Assembly: GCF_964194155.1 (NCBI RefSeq)
Contig: NC_135903.1
Location: forward strand, 33,914,001 to 33,978,000
Source: Cetorhinus maximus
Taxonomy: Eukaryota
Reading direction: 5' to 3'
DNA length: 64,000 nt
Within the stretch, counting starts at the first letter, position 1, and every line of letters starts with the position of its first letter. Positions 23,597-38,251 of the stretch are shown one piece after another. The notes under the pieces are model-generated. The model was not told where the DNA came from. It saw nothing but the letters and a program-made list of their open reading frames with translations, and ran no database searches. The translations under genes were made by a program, and so were the position numbers.

Positions 23597-26500
23597 CTGA
23601 GACTGGGAACAAAGATTATCTATTTAAAAACTTTTAACATAAAGCTATCTATATATATATTTGTAACAAATTTTATATTTTATTGTACTGATGACAGAAC
23701 AATGAGTGACATGAGGAGATTATTTATTTTATTTATTTATTTATTTATTGATATTTGATGCTATGTCATTTTCCTCTGATATAATCCTAACCCTTTAATG
23801 GGTGGGATGTCTGCTCTGGAATTTACTGGTAGGCTTTCAAGATATGGCTTTTCAGACCTATAAACCCTGGGCCGCACTGACCTTTCCATTTCTCCTCTCC
23901 TAAGTAGCCAACTTTTCAATCTATTTCAGCCACTGTAATTTATTGACCTTTATTGTTGTGATGTCTTCATGTAATGAAATGTTACATGTAATTTAATGTG
24001 CAATGTGAATTTTTAATGATAATTTATTTATTGATATTTATTAAGTGTTGGCGAACAGATAAATTTTTTTGTAACAGGCAAATTTTATACACAATGAGAG
24101 CCTTTGCTACAAATAAATTGTTTTCAATATTACGCATTGACTGGAATGATGTTCATTTTCCAATTCTGTCGGTTGGCTTTCCATATTCAGTATAAATGCT
24201 GTGGATTCTCCCACCTGCTGCCTCATCCTGTCAGCCCTTCTCTGTTCTCCTCTTCTTTCTCCACAATCAGATTTTCCCTCACCCTTTGGAACTGTGAAAC
24301 TATTGTGAACCGAACTGCCCTGATCTATCATCTTTTACCCCTCTGCTTCTCAACGCCACATTCCAGCTCCAAAGGAGAGAAGACTGAGCGTGATGTTCAG
24401 GAGACAAGTGGAAAATAGAGGTATAAATTAGAAATGGACAGATGGAGAAATGGAATGTGTGGTCATAGAAGATGACTGGAGTGTCAGACTCTATGAATAT
24501 ATGGGGACATCAGACAATGGGTTTGAGAATTACATCAGGCAATTAGTAGGAAGGAGAATGAGTGCAGAGTGGGGATGAAAATCTTATATTTTGCATTGTT
24601 GTTTACACCTTCTGAAAATCTGTATGATAAATACTGTCTGCATTACAATAGAACAGAAGGAAAAAGAGAAGTAGGCCATTTGGCCACTCAAGCCTGCTCC
24701 ACCATTCAATAAGATTCTGACTGATTTGATTGTGGCCTTAAATCCACTCCCCTGCCTGCCACCTATAACCTTTGACTCCTTTGTTGATCAATCCCATCTA
24801 ACTCAGACTTGAATATATTCAATAACACAACCTCCACTGTTCTCTGAGGTGATGAAATTAAAAGATTAATGACACTCGGCGCAAACGAAACCCTCCTCAT
24901 CTCCGTCTCAGGTGCAGTTGCCACATATTGAAACTTTGGCCCCCAGTTACAGACTCCTCCAGAGAGGAAACACCTCAACATCTACCCGATCAAATCTCCT
25001 CACAATCTTAAATGACTCAATGATATCACCTCTCATTCTTCAAAACTCGAAGGAGTAAAGGCTCAACCTGGTTAAGATTGCTTCATAAACCAACTTCTCT
25101 TTCCAGGAATCAACCTGGTCAACCCTCTCTGAAGTGTCTCCAATGCAAGTTAATCGCTGCTTAAATAAGGAGACCAAAGCTGTACAAAGTACTCCAGGCC
25201 TAGTCTCACAAATGGCCTGTAGAGTTGAAGCAAAACTTCACTACTTCTTTTCTTCATCCTCTTTGCAATAAAGGAGAACATACCATTTACCTTTCCAATT
25301 AATTGCACTACTGTTTGCTAAATTCTCATTGCTCAGTTCCTAGGACACCAAGGTCTCTCTGCACTGAAAGATTCTGTGTTCTTTCTCCATTTAAACAACA
25401 TTCTTACTTTCTGCTGGGCACAGTAAAGGCTAACTTGTGCCCTACATTACATCAGTCACTATATATCTAAAGTATTTTATAAGCTGCTGAGTGCTTTGAG
25501 ACACCTGTGGTCAGGAAGGGCACAATGTGAATGCAAGCCTGTTTTGATAAAAAGATCATAGAGAAATCGGGGCCTACACACAAAACTGACCTCACTCCAG
25601 GGTGAATTTATCAGCAGTGCAGTTGTTTACAGACATTCCAAAGGGCCCCAAAAAATAAACTGGATGATTTGGGTTTGAGCACAGCAACAGACATGTGTTA
25701 AAAGGTTTGCATAGCAACTTTATTAATTTACAAAGACAATAACTAATGCACTCCAATTCCAAAAAAGTGGGGATGAACCAATCCAATTTCCATCACCATT
25801 AATTTCTACAAAACAGAAAACCGACCCCAAAAGTGGTATCAAGTTGTGGACGACAGGAAGTCTACAACGCTCTAACCAACTTCAATATTTACTGTCCACC
25901 ACCGACACATACTGGGATCAGTGTGTACCATGTACATGGTGAACTGCAGGATCTCAGCAAAGCCCCTTCAACACCGATTCCCAAACTGACGACTTCTACC
26001 ACCTAGAAGAACAAGGGTAGCAGACGCAAGGGACCAGCACCAAAGTTCGCTTCCCATTCAAGGGACAAGCATACTGACTTGGAACTATTTCCCATTTCTT
26101 CACTGTTACAGGCTAACACTCCTGGTAAACCCTTCCCAACACCCCTGTAAATTCACCTACACCACATGAACGGCAGCAGTTCAGGGGTTAAAGGGGGCGG
26201 TTCATCACCACCTTCTGTCGGGTAATTAGGGAGGAGCAACAAATTCTGGCCTTTCCAGAGACGCCCACGTTCCATCAAGGAAGAAATGAACCCAAATTAT
26301 TCATAAGTAGCTGTGAATGGGCCGCAGATTTTTGTAAGTTAAAAATGCACACGCTCCCGCAGGTCCTTCCTATTTTCTCTAATGTCACTCGCCAGTGCTT
26401 TTATTATTCTTCCTTCAGTTCCCTGACCCTCCTTCCGCCTCCGCCTTCAAAAATTACAATTCCCACTGTTTTATTCGCCAATAACAGCATTGTTGTAAAT

Positions 26501-27697
26501 TGTAGTTTCTTGCGTGTCTCCAGTTGGGGAATGTGGGATCCCGCTCCCACATCCACCCTGACGGTAGATTTTGGTCACACTTCCAGCTGAGAGGGATTTG
26601 GTGACATTTCCTATGTACCCGGGCATTTACCGAATACCCCAATGCCTTTCCCAACTGCCCCTCACCCCTCTCAGTCTGATCCACCCTCTTTACAAACTCT
26701 CCTCCCTTTCGGAAATGACAAAACACGTCACTTTCCTTCAGGCACTTTCGCTTTGGGCTGAAATGGACACCAGGTTAATTTCCAGAGAGAAAGTGACACG
26801 GACACTTTCCTGGGAGAGAGACAAGAAAAAAAGGATGAAAGAAAAGAGAGCGGGATCACTTTCGGACTCAGAATCGGAGCAAATCAAATATTCTTTCAAT
26901 CCGACTCTGAAAATGGCTCCAGAAAACAACCGAGAAATGAGAAACTTCTCCCAGTTAAAGAGCAGATTGTGGGACAGGTCAATCGGAGCGGAGTCTGTCC
27001 CCATGAAGCGGTGTCCGTCCCCATGAAGCGGTGTCCCTGGGCTGTGAGCCGAGCTCTCTGCAATGTCCAACCTGTGAAGTGTGAACAGGACAAGCGCCAG
27101 GTGAACACACCGCGGGGACACAGTGGATTTCAAAGGGAATCGCTCTTCATGGGGCCCAATGTCAGCACTAAAAGCCGCCGCACCGGATCACCGCTGTCGC
27201 TCTCTCTATAATCCGGATGATAAAATCCAGCCCCCGATACATGTTCACACTGCCCCCAATTCAGAGCCTCCCTCTACACCACCTTCGTGCCCCAGGTGAG
27301 CTGAAGCCACACAACACTGAGCTGGAACCGAGCGCTGCCTGTGATTTTCAACCGGGAATTTTCCACTCGCTGCTTTCGGAATCTCCAGCTTTTACATTCC
27401 TGACCTCAGAAAGGAAACCGGACAAACTATTGATCTCCCGCAGCTCTTCCAAAAATCCTCGAGCCCGTTTTCACTTTTCGAATGTAATGCCACACATTAA
27501 AGCCGACAGCATGGCAGCGCCAGTGAGAGCACCGAGCAGACTCCACACTCACACAGACACCGTTCGGCAGCACAGGCGCTCGCTCCCGGATCACAAGCGG
27601 CTCCGATTCGACTTTCCCAGTTTAAATCCGCCGCGGAATCAAGAAGCCGCCGGTTTCTCATCTTTCACATCGGTGTTTCACTCTGGGTCGCTTGATC

Positions 27698-30248
27698 ATG
27701 GCTTTGGCGAGTATCTGGAGATTTTGGATGATGTTGCTCTTCTTGTCCGGGACCCTCAGTCTGGGATGTGACAGGCTGCAGTTACAGCAAGTTCTCAACA
27801 CAGAGACTCTCAGCAAACTGAATGCAATGGTGAGTTGAACCTGCAGCCAGAGCAGGAGGTGAATCACATTGTGTCCGCTTGCTGTGAAATGTCACATCAG
27901 GGGAAATGTTTTGCGATTTGTCATTTTGTGCAATGAATAGCCTGTGATTCTCCAGTATTTGAGTTTTTGGGGCTGATTGTAACAGTGATTGTTTTCCCCT
28001 CTCAGGGCGGACCCTTTCCCCGACACTGTATAAGACAGAGACTCTCACTGAAAACCAAACCCTTGAACCTGGTGAAACTCTCGAAGGAATTAGAGGTGAG
28101 TGAACACTCGGTTCATTTGATTCACACAGGGCTTTTATACAAAGTAAGATCAACAACCGGATCGGAAACTTCCATATCAGGAATTTGGAACAGAGTGATT
28201 TGTACCCATTGTGAATGTAAGAGCAGTCTTACTTAGTGAATTTCACTCACTATCTCACTCATGAACTATATCACTCTCTCTAACCGCACTCACTACCCCC
28301 TTATCTCCAACTATATCCCTCCCTGATATTATGTCCCTCCCTCTAACTACCTGCTCTGCGAGCCATCCGACTGGATCTCCCATCTCCTTTTCCTGCAGGG
28401 CCTATAGATTATTCTGGGCAGACCACTGCCTGATGGGCCTGTTGTCAAAGATGTTTCTCTGCCTAAGCATTTCTATACGGGAAAGGTGGTGAGGCAATTC
28501 CAAAGGCTTCGAGTGTTCACGACAGCAAGGCCACTCCCATCCTTTGCAACAACGGGGACTGGTTGAAACTCAGCACTTGCAGTTTGCGTTCCAAGGGTCC
28601 ACGCACAGCTTGATGCAGCAAGACACCAATGTAGTTATCAGGATGAGGGCGATGTTGAGAGCATTTTGTCCTCTGATCATTGACTACGTGAAAACTTCTC
28701 AACATTTCTCAACCTAACACCATTTAATTTTCTCCCTGCCTCTAACCACCTCACTTCCTCTAATCATCTTATTCCCTGTAACAATTTGCCTCGCTCGAAA
28801 CATCTCACTCCTGAGCTGCACTGAATGACTTTGGGGCATGAATCACGCAGGCAGGATAGGCCAAAGGATCATAGAATGAAGGTTTATTTTATTCTCACGA
28901 ATGATCAAAAACAAAAATTTAATTACATGCTTATTAAAGGTTTTTAGCTTCCCTCTTACGTGACCTACTCATCAATTCTCATGCATTCTGTTCACTCCTC
29001 ATTTCTCTTGATAACTTTTCTCCATATTGGCTGCATTCAGCTTGGTTCCTCACTCTGCTAAGAGCCTAATGTTTCACATAAGGCTTCGTTTTCTGTTTTG
29101 TTTTAATCTCTACATCTTTTGGCGATGACGTCATTGACCTTTCCATGCCCTTCCTTTCTGCTTCATTGAAAGGAGTCCAGTCTGCAACCATAACATCTCC
29201 ACTTAAAAAGAGCCTCAATTGCTACTTTCCTCCTGAGAAAGCACTACTTAAGAGGAGATGGTGGCTTAGTGGTAGATTCACAGGTTTAATAATTCATGGC
29301 CTAGGCTAATGCTCTGGGCACCTGAGTTCATGCCCCATCACACAGATGGTGGAATTTTAATTCAATCAATAAACGTGGAATATAACACTAGTGTCAGTAT
29401 TACTGACCATGCAACTGTCATGGATCTTTGTAAAACCCTTCTGATTCACTAATGCCTTTTAAGAAAGAAAACGTGACTTCTGCACCTGGACTGGATGACA
29501 TGTCACTCTCAGCACATGGTCGAATCTTCACTGTCCTTTCAAATATTCAGTTCAAGGGACATTAGGGATGGACATGTAATGCTGGCTTTGCCAGTGATGC
29601 CCACATCCCATGAATGAATGAAGGAAAAAAGAATCCTTGATTCAAATACACCTGGGCCAGATCCCTTTTAATTGAAACTAAAATTAATCGTCCCCCTTTG
29701 CCCATTTTTATCTCCATTTATAATTTGTTCTTTAACATAGTCAGTTCTAAAATTAAAGGTGAACATGTCCTCTCTAATGTCATTCTCTACATTATACACA
29801 GACACAGGACAGGATCCAGATTGTCCATCAAACCCTGCATCAAGTCAGCAAGATCTACAGCATGAACCTGGGTTCAGCCACATGGGCCCAGGACAAGGTG
29901 GAAAACCTTCGGCTTCTCCTGGATCGGCAGCTCGGTGAGCTGGAAGAATGTGTCAGGAAACCAGGATCAGAGCACAAGATGAGGAGAAACTCTGCCATTC
30001 ACAATTACTTTAGGAAACTGGAAAAGTTTCTCAAACAGGAGGTAGGTCAATTGATAAATGACAATGTGAATGGTGGCATGTAGTTCATTTCACCCCATTT
30101 AAATCTGCTCATTCTCTAATCGGTTTCCCTGAATAATTTTCTTTTTCAGAAATTCAGTGACTGTGCCTGGGAAATAATTCGCAATGAGACCAGAGCCTGT
30201 TTACAGCAGCTCCTTTTCATCATAGCACAAATCAGCAGAAGAAACTGA
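27698..30248 (+). CDS. IFN1: Type I interferon, copy 4 (4 exons, 186 aa; short intron 2)
   Basis: Exons 27698-27829, 28006-28095, 29802-30041, 30150-30248 (KFSDCAWEIIRNETRACLQQ...). Open frame. Promoter A upstream with kB-like GGGAATTTTCC at 27354-27364. Confidence 0.92.
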
Positions 30249-33200
30249 GAAAGATGTTTAGCACAGAATGGGACCAATGAATATTTATTTTAAAAACTTT
30301 TAACATAAGGCTATTTATATATATATTTGTAACAAATTTTATATTTTATGAGTCACAATGAGTGACATGATTGGATTATTTATTTATTTTATTTATTCAT
30401 TTATTTATTGATATTTATTGCTTTGAGATTTTCCCCTGATATAATCCTAACCCTTTAGTGGGTGGGGTGTGTGCTCTGGAATTTACTGGTAGGCTTTCAA
30501 GATATGGGTTTTCAGACCTATAAACCCTGGGCCGCACTGACCTTTCCATTTCTCCTCTCCTAAGTGGCCAACTTTTCAATCTATTTCAGCCACTGTAATT
30601 TATTGATCATTATTGTTGTGATGTCTTCATGTAATGAAATGTTACATGTTATTTAATGTGTAATGTGAATTTTTAATGATAATTTATTTATTGATATTTA
30701 TTAAGTGTTGGCGAACAGATAAATTTTTTTGTAACTGGCAATTTTATACACAATGAGAGCCTTTGCTACAAATAAATTGTTTTCAATATTACGCATTGAG
30801 TGGAATGATGTTCATTTTTCAATTCTGTCGTTTGGCTTTCCATACTCAGTGTAAATGCTCTGGATTCTCTCACCTGCTGACTCTTCCTGTCAGCCCTTCT
30901 CTGTTCTCCTCTTCTGTCTTCACAATCAGATTTTCCCTCACCCATTGGAAATGTGAACCTATTGTGAACCGAACTGCCCTGATTTATCATCTTTTAGCCC
31001 TCTGCTTCTCAACGCCACATTCCAGCTGCAAAGGAGAGAGGACTGAGCGTGACATTCAGGAGACAAGTGGAAAATAGAGGTATAAATTAGAAATGGACAG
31101 ATGGAGAACTGGAATGGGTGGACATATAAGATGACTGGAGTATCAGCCTCTGTGAATATATAGGGACATCAGACAATGGGGTTGAGAGTGACATCAGGTA
31201 ATGAGTAGGAAGGAGAATGAGTGGAGAGTGGGGATGGAAATCTTTAGATTCACATGGTTGTTTACACCTTCAGAAAATCTGTATGATAAATACTGTCTGC
31301 ATTACATTAGAACAGAAGAAAAAAGAGAAGTAGGCCATTTGGCCACTCAGGCCTGCTCCACCATGCAATAAGATTCCGACTGATTTGATTGTGGCCTTAA
31401 ATCCATTCCCCTGCCTGCCACCTATAACCTTTGACTCCTTTGTTGATTAAATCGCATCTAACTCAGACTTGAATATATTCAATAACACAACCTCCACTGT
31501 TCTCTGAGGTGGAGATTTAAAAGATTAATGACACTCGGCACAAAATAAATCCTCCTCATCTCCGTCTCACGTGCATATTGAAACTTTGGCCCCCAGTTAC
31601 AGACTCCCCCAGAGAGGAAACACCTCAACATCTACCCGGTCAAATTTCGTCACAATCTTTAATGATTCAATGACATCACCTCTCATTCTTCAAAACCCGA
31701 AGGACTATAGGCTCAAACTGGTTAAGATTGCTCAAAAATTCTCTTTCCAGGAATCAACCTGGTCAACCCTCTCTGAAGTGTCTCTAATGCAAGTTAATCC
31801 CTGCTTAAATAAGGAGACCAAAGCTGTACATAGTACTCCAGGCCTGGTCTCACAAATGGCCTGTAGAGTTGAATCAAAACTTCCCTACTTGTATTCTTCA
31901 TCCTCTTTGCAATAAAGGACAACATACCATTTAACTTTCCAATTAATTGCTCTACCTGTTTGCTAAATTTTAATTGCTCAAGTCCAAGGACAACCAGGTT
32001 CGTCTGCACTGAAAGATTCTGTGTTCTTTCTCCATTTAAACAACATTCTGACTTTCTGCTGGGCACAGCAACGGCTAACTTGTGTCCTACATTACTTCAG
32101 TCACTATATATCTAAATAACTTTATAAGCTGCTGAGTGCTTTGAGACACCTGTGGTCAGGAAGAGCACAATGTGAATGCAAGCCTGTTTTGAAAAAAATA
32201 TCATAGAGAAAGCTGGGCCTTCACACAAAACTGACCTCACTCCAGGGTGAATTTATCAGCAGTGCAGTTGTTTACAGTCCTTCCAAAGGGCCCCAAAAAA
32301 TAAACTGGATGATTTGGGTTTGAGCACAGCAACAGACATGTGTTAAAAGATTTGCAAAGCAACTTTATTAATTTACAAAGACAATAACTATTGCATTCCA
32401 ATTCCAAAAATGTGGGGATGAACCACTCCAATTTCCATCACCATTAATTTCTACAAAACAGAAAACCGACCCCAAAAGTGGTATCAAGTTGTGTACGTCA
32501 GGAAGTCTACAACGCTCTAACCAACTTCAATATTTACTGTCCACCACCAACAAACACTGGGGTCAGTGTGTATCATGTACATAGTGAACTGCAGGATCTC
32601 ACCAAAGCCCCTTCAATGCCGCTTTCCAAACTGACGACTTCTACCACCCAGAAGAACAAGGGTAGCAGGCGCAAGGGACCAGCAGAAAAGTTCGTTTCCC
32701 ATTCAAGGGACAAGCATAATGACTTGGAACTATTTCCCATTTCTTCCCTTTTGCTGGCTAACACTCCTGGAAAACCCTTCCCAACACCCCTGTAAATTCA
32801 CCTACACCACATGAACGGCAGCAGTTCAGGGGTTCAAGGGGGCGGTTTATCACCACCTTCTGTTTTGTTTTAATCTCTACATTTTTGGCTAATGACGTCA
32901 TTGACCTTTCGATGCCCTCCCTTTCTACTTCATTGAAAGGAGTCCAGTCTGCAACCATAACATCTCCACTTAAAAAGAGCCTCAATTGCTCCATTTCTCC
33001 CGAGGAAGCACTATTTAAGAGGAGATGGTGGCTTAGTGGTAGATTCCCAACTTTAATAAATCATGGCCTAGGCTAATGCTCTGGGCACCTGAGTTCATGC
33101 CCCATCACACAGCTGGTGGAATTTTAATTCAATCAATAAACGTGGAATATAACACTAGTGTCAGTAATACTGACCATGCAACTATCATGGATCTTTGTAA

Positions 33201-33561
33201 AGCCCCTCTGATTCATAATACCTTTTAAGAAGGGAATCGTGCCTTCTGCACCTGGCTTGGATGACATGTCACTCTCAGCACATGGTCGAATCTTCACTGT
33301 CCTTTCTAATATTCAGTTCAAGGGACATTAGGGATGGGCATCTAATGCTGCCAGTGATGCCCACATCCCATGAAAGAATAAAGGAAAAAAGAATCCTTGA
33401 TTCAAATACACCTGCGCCAGATCCCCTTTAAACACACTAAAATTAAACCTCCCCCTTCTGAACATTTTTAGCTCTATTTGTATTTTGTTCTTTAACATAG
33501 TCTTTTCTAAAACTAAAGGTGAGCATGTCCTCTCTAATGTCATTCTCTACATTATACACAG

Positions 33562-34008
33562 ACACAGGACAGGATCCAGATTGTCCATCAAACCCTGCGT
33601 CACATCAGTAAGATCTACAGCATGAACCTGGGTTCAGCCACATGGGCCCAGGACAAGCTGGAAAACTTCTGGCTTCTCCTGGATTGGCAGCTCGGTGAGC
33701 TGGAAGAATGTGTCAGGAAAGCAGGATCAGAGCACAAGATGAGGAGAAACTCCGCCATTCACAATTACTTCAGGAAACTGGAAAAGTTTCTCAAACAGGA
33801 GGTAGGTCAATTGATAAATGACAATGTGATTGCTGGCATTTAGTTCATTTCACCACATTTAAATCTGCTCATTCTCTAATCGGTTACCCTGAATAACTTT
33901 CTTTTTCAGAAATTCAGTGACTGTGCCTGGGAAATAATCCGCACCGAGACCAGAGCCCGTTTACAACAGCTCCTTTTCATCATAGGACAAATCAGCAGAA
34001 GAAAGTGA
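33562..34008 (+). pseudogene. Headless IFN half-copy 5 (exons 3-4, frame intact)
   Basis: Exon 3 at 33562-33801 and exon 4 at 33910-34008 (KFSDCAWEIIRTETRARLQQLLFIIGQISRRK*) are both open with intact splice sites. No own exon 1 or 2 (junction at 32858-32863). Confidence 0.75.
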
Positions 34009-37000
34009 GAAAGACATCTTTAGCACAGACTGGGAACAAAGATTATTTATTTTAATGGCTTTTAACATAAAGCTTTTTATATATATATTCGTAACATATT
34101 TTATATTTTATTGTACTGATGACAGAACAATGAGTGACATGATGGGATTATTTATTTTATTTGTTTATTTATTGATATTTATTGCTATGATATTTTCCCC
34201 TGATGTAATCCTAACACTTCAGTGGATGGGGTGTCTGCTCTGGAATTTACTGTCAGGCTTTCAAGATATGGGTTTGCAGACCTATAAACCCTGGGCCGCA
34301 CTGACCTTTCCATTTCTCCTCTCCTAAGTGGCCAACTTTTCAATCTATTTCAGCCACTGTAATTTATTGATCTTTATTGTTGTGATGTATTCATGTAATG
34401 AAATGTTACATGTTATTTAATGTGTAATGTGAATTTTTACTGATAATTTATTTATTGATATTTATGAACTGTTGGCAAACACATAAATTTATTTGTAACT
34501 GGAAAATTTTATACACAATGAGAGCCTTTGCTAAAATAAATTGTTTTCAATATTACGCATTGACTGGAATGATGTTCATTTTCCAATTCTGTCGGTTGGC
34601 TTTCCATACTCTGTATAAATGCTCTGGATTCTCCCACCTGCTGCCTCTTCCTGTCAGTCCTTCTCTGTTCTCCTGTCCTTTCTCCACAATCAGATTTTCC
34701 CTCACCCGTTGGAAATGTGAACCTATTGTGAACCGAACTGCCCTGATTTATCATCTTTTACCCCTCTGCTTCTCTACACCACATTCCAGTTCCAAAGGAG
34801 AGAGGCCTGAGCGTGATGTTCAGGAGACAAGGTGAAAAGAGAGGCATAAATTAGAAATGAACAGATGCAGAAATGGAATGGGTGGGCATAGAAGATGACT
34901 GGAGTGTCAGCCTCTGTGAATATATGGGGACATCAGACAGTTGGGTTGGGAGTGTCATCAGGCAATGAATAGGGAGGAGAATGAGTGGAAAGTGGGGATG
35001 GAAATCTTTTGTTTCGCATGGTTGTTTACACCTTCTGAAAATCTGTATGATAAATACTGTCTGCATTACATAAGTACAGAAGGAAAAAGAGATGTAGGCC
35101 ACTTGGCCTCTCAGGCCTGCTCCACCATTCAATAAGATTCTGACTGATTTGATTGTGGCCTTAAATCCACTCCCCTGCCTGCCACCTATAACCTTTGACT
35201 CCTTTGTTGATCAATCCCATCTAACTCAGACTTGAATATATTTAATAACCCGACATCCACTGTTCTCTGAGGTGGAGAATTTACAAGATTAATGACACTC
35301 GGCGCAAAAGAAATCCTCCTCATCTACGTCTCACACGCATTGGCCCTATTTTGAAACTGTGCTCCCCAGTTACAAATTCGCCCACAGTGGAAACGCCTCA
35401 ACATCCACCTGGACAAATCTCCTCACAATCTTAAATGATTCAATGACATCACCTCTCATTCTTCAAAACTCGAAAAGAGTATAGGCTCAAACTGCTAAGA
35501 TTGCTTCATAAACCAACTTCTCTTTCCAGGATTTAACCTGGTGAACCCTCTCTGAAGTGTCTCCAATGCAAGTTAATCCCTGCTGAAATAAGGAGAACAA
35601 AGCTGTACATAGTACTCCAGGCCTGGTCTCACAAATGGCCTGTAGAGTTGAAGCAAAACTTCCCTACTTGTATACTTCATCCTCTTTGCAATAAAGGACA
35701 ACATACCATTTACCTTTCCAATTACTTGCTCGACCTGTTTGCTAAATTTTCATTGCTCAGTTCCAAGGACACCCAGGTCCCTCTGCACTGAAAGATTCTG
35801 TGTTCTTTCTCCATTTAAACAACATTCTGATTTTCTGCTGTGCACAGCATAGGCTAACTTGTGTCCTACATTACATCAGTCACTATATATCTGAAGTATT
35901 TTATAAGCTGCTTAGTGCTTTGAGACACCTGTGGTCAGGAAGGGCACAATGTGAATGCAAGCCTGTTTTGATAAAAATATCATAGAGAAAGCTGGGCCTA
36001 CACACAAAACTGCCCTCACTCCAGGGTGAATTTATCAGCAGTGCAGTTGTTTACAGTCCTTCCAAAGGGCCCCAAAAAATAAACTGGATGATTTGGGTTT
36101 GAGCACAGCAACAGACATGTGTTAAAAGATTTGCAAAGCAACTTTATTAATTTACAAAGACAATAACTATTGCATTCCAATTCCAAAAAAGTGGGAATGA
36201 ACCAATCCAATTTCCATCACCATTAAATTCTTCAAAACAGAAAACCGACCCCAAAAGTGGTATCAAGTTGTGTACGTCAGGAAGTCTACAACGCTCCAAC
36301 CAACTTCAATATTTACTGTCCACCACCGACACACACTGGGATCAGTGTGTACCATGTACATGGTGAACTGCAGGATCTCAACAAAGCCCCTTCAACACGG
36401 CTTCCCAAACTGACGACTTCTACCACCCAGAAGAACAAGGGTAGCAGACGCAAGGGACCAGCACCAAAGTTTGCTTCCCATTCAAGGGACAAGCATACTG
36501 ACTTGGAACTATTTCCCATTTCTTCACTGTTACTGGCTAACACTCCTGGAAAACCCTTCCCAACACCTCTGTAAATTCACCTACAGCACATGAACGGCAG
36601 CAGTTCAGGGGTTAAAGGGGGCGGCTCATCACCACCTTCTGTCGGGTAATTAGGGAGGAGCAACAAATTCTGGCCCTTCCAGAGACGCCCACGTCCCTCA
36701 AGGAAGAAATGAAGCCTAATTATGCAAAAGTAGCTGTGAATGGGCCGCAGATTTTTGTAAGGTAAAAATGCACACGCTCCCGCAGGTCCTTCCTATTTCC
36801 CCTAATGTCACTCGCCAGTGCTTTTAATATTCTTCCTTCAGTTCCCTGACCCTCCTTCCGCCTCCGCTTTCAATAATTACAATTCCCACTGTTTTATTCG
36901 CCAATAACAGCATTGTTGTAAATTGTAGTTTCTCTCCAGTCTCCAGTTGGGGAATGTGGGATCCCGCTCCCACATCCACCCGGACGGTAGATTTTGGTCA

Positions 37001-38119
37001 CACTTCCAGCTGAGAGGGATTTGGTGACATTTCCTATGTAGCCGGGAATTTACCGAATACCCCAAAGGCTTTCCCAACTGCCCCTCACCCCTCTCAGTCT
37101 GATCCACCCTCTTTACATACCCTCCTCCCTTTCGGAAATGACAAAACACGTCACTTTCCTTCAGGCACTTTCGCTTTGGGATGAAATTGACAGCAGGTTA
37201 ATTTGCAGAAAGAAAGTGACACGGACACTTTCCCGGGACAGAGACAAGAAAGAAATGATGAAAGAAAAGAGAGCGGGATCACTTTTGGACTCAGAATCGG
37301 AGCAGATCAAATATTCTTTCAATCCGACTCTGAAAATGGCTCCAGAAAACAACCGAGAAATGAGAAACTTCTCCCAGTTAAAGAGCAGATTGTGGGACAG
37401 GTCAATCGGAGCGGAGTCTGTCCCTATGAAGCGGTGTCCCTGGGTTGTGAGCCGAGCTGTCTGCAATGTCCAACCTGTGAAGTGTGAACAGGACAAGCGC
37501 CAGGTGAACACACCGCGGGGACACAGTGGATTTCAAAGGGAATCGCTCTCCATGGGGCCCAATGTCAGCACTAAAAGCCGCCGCACCGGATCACCGCTGT
37601 CGCTCTCTCTATAATCCGGATGATAAAATCCAGCCCCCGATACATGTTCACACTGCCCCCAATTCAGAGCCTCCCTCTACACCACCTTCGTGCCCCAGGT
37701 GAGCTGAAGCCACACAACACTGAGCTGGAACCGAGCGCTGCCTGTGATTTTCAACCGGGGATTTTCCACTCGCTGCTTCTGGAATCTCCAGCTTTTACAT
37801 TCCTGACCTCAGAAAGGAAACCGGACAAACTATTGATCTCCCGCAGCTCTTCCAAAAATCCTCGAGCCCGTTTTCACTTTTCGAATGTAATGCCACACAT
37901 TAAAGCCGACAGCATGGCAGCGCCAGTGAGAGCACCGAGCAGACTCCACACTCACACTCACACCGTTCGGCAGCACAGGCGCTCGCTCCCGGATCACAAG
38001 CGGCTCAGATTCCACTTTCCGAGTTTTAACCCGCTCGCAAGAACCGTTTTCGCCGCGGAACCACGAAGCCGCCGGTTTCTCATCTTTCACATCGGTGTTT
38101 CACTCTGGGTCGCTTGATC

Positions 38120-38251
38120 ATGGCTTTGGCGAGTATCTGGAGATTTTGGATGGTGTTGCTCTTCTTGTCCGGGACCCTCAGTCTGGGATGTGAGAGGCTG
38201 CAATTACAGCAAGTTCTCAACACAGAGACTCTCAGCAAACTGAATGCAATG
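38120..38251 (+). CDS. Upstream duplicate first exon 1A of IFN copy 6 (signal peptide, intact GT donor)
   Basis: MALASIWRFWMVLLFLSGTLSLGCERLQLQQVLNTETLSKLNAM|gtgagt, behind promoter A (kB site 37757-37767). Confidence 0.7.

Noticed and set aside
34055-34327. Hydrophobic, membrane-protein-like ORF (also 54499-54696)
   Set aside because: It is a translation of the AT-rich ARE region of the IFN 3'UTR and is disrupted by stops in the other copies.
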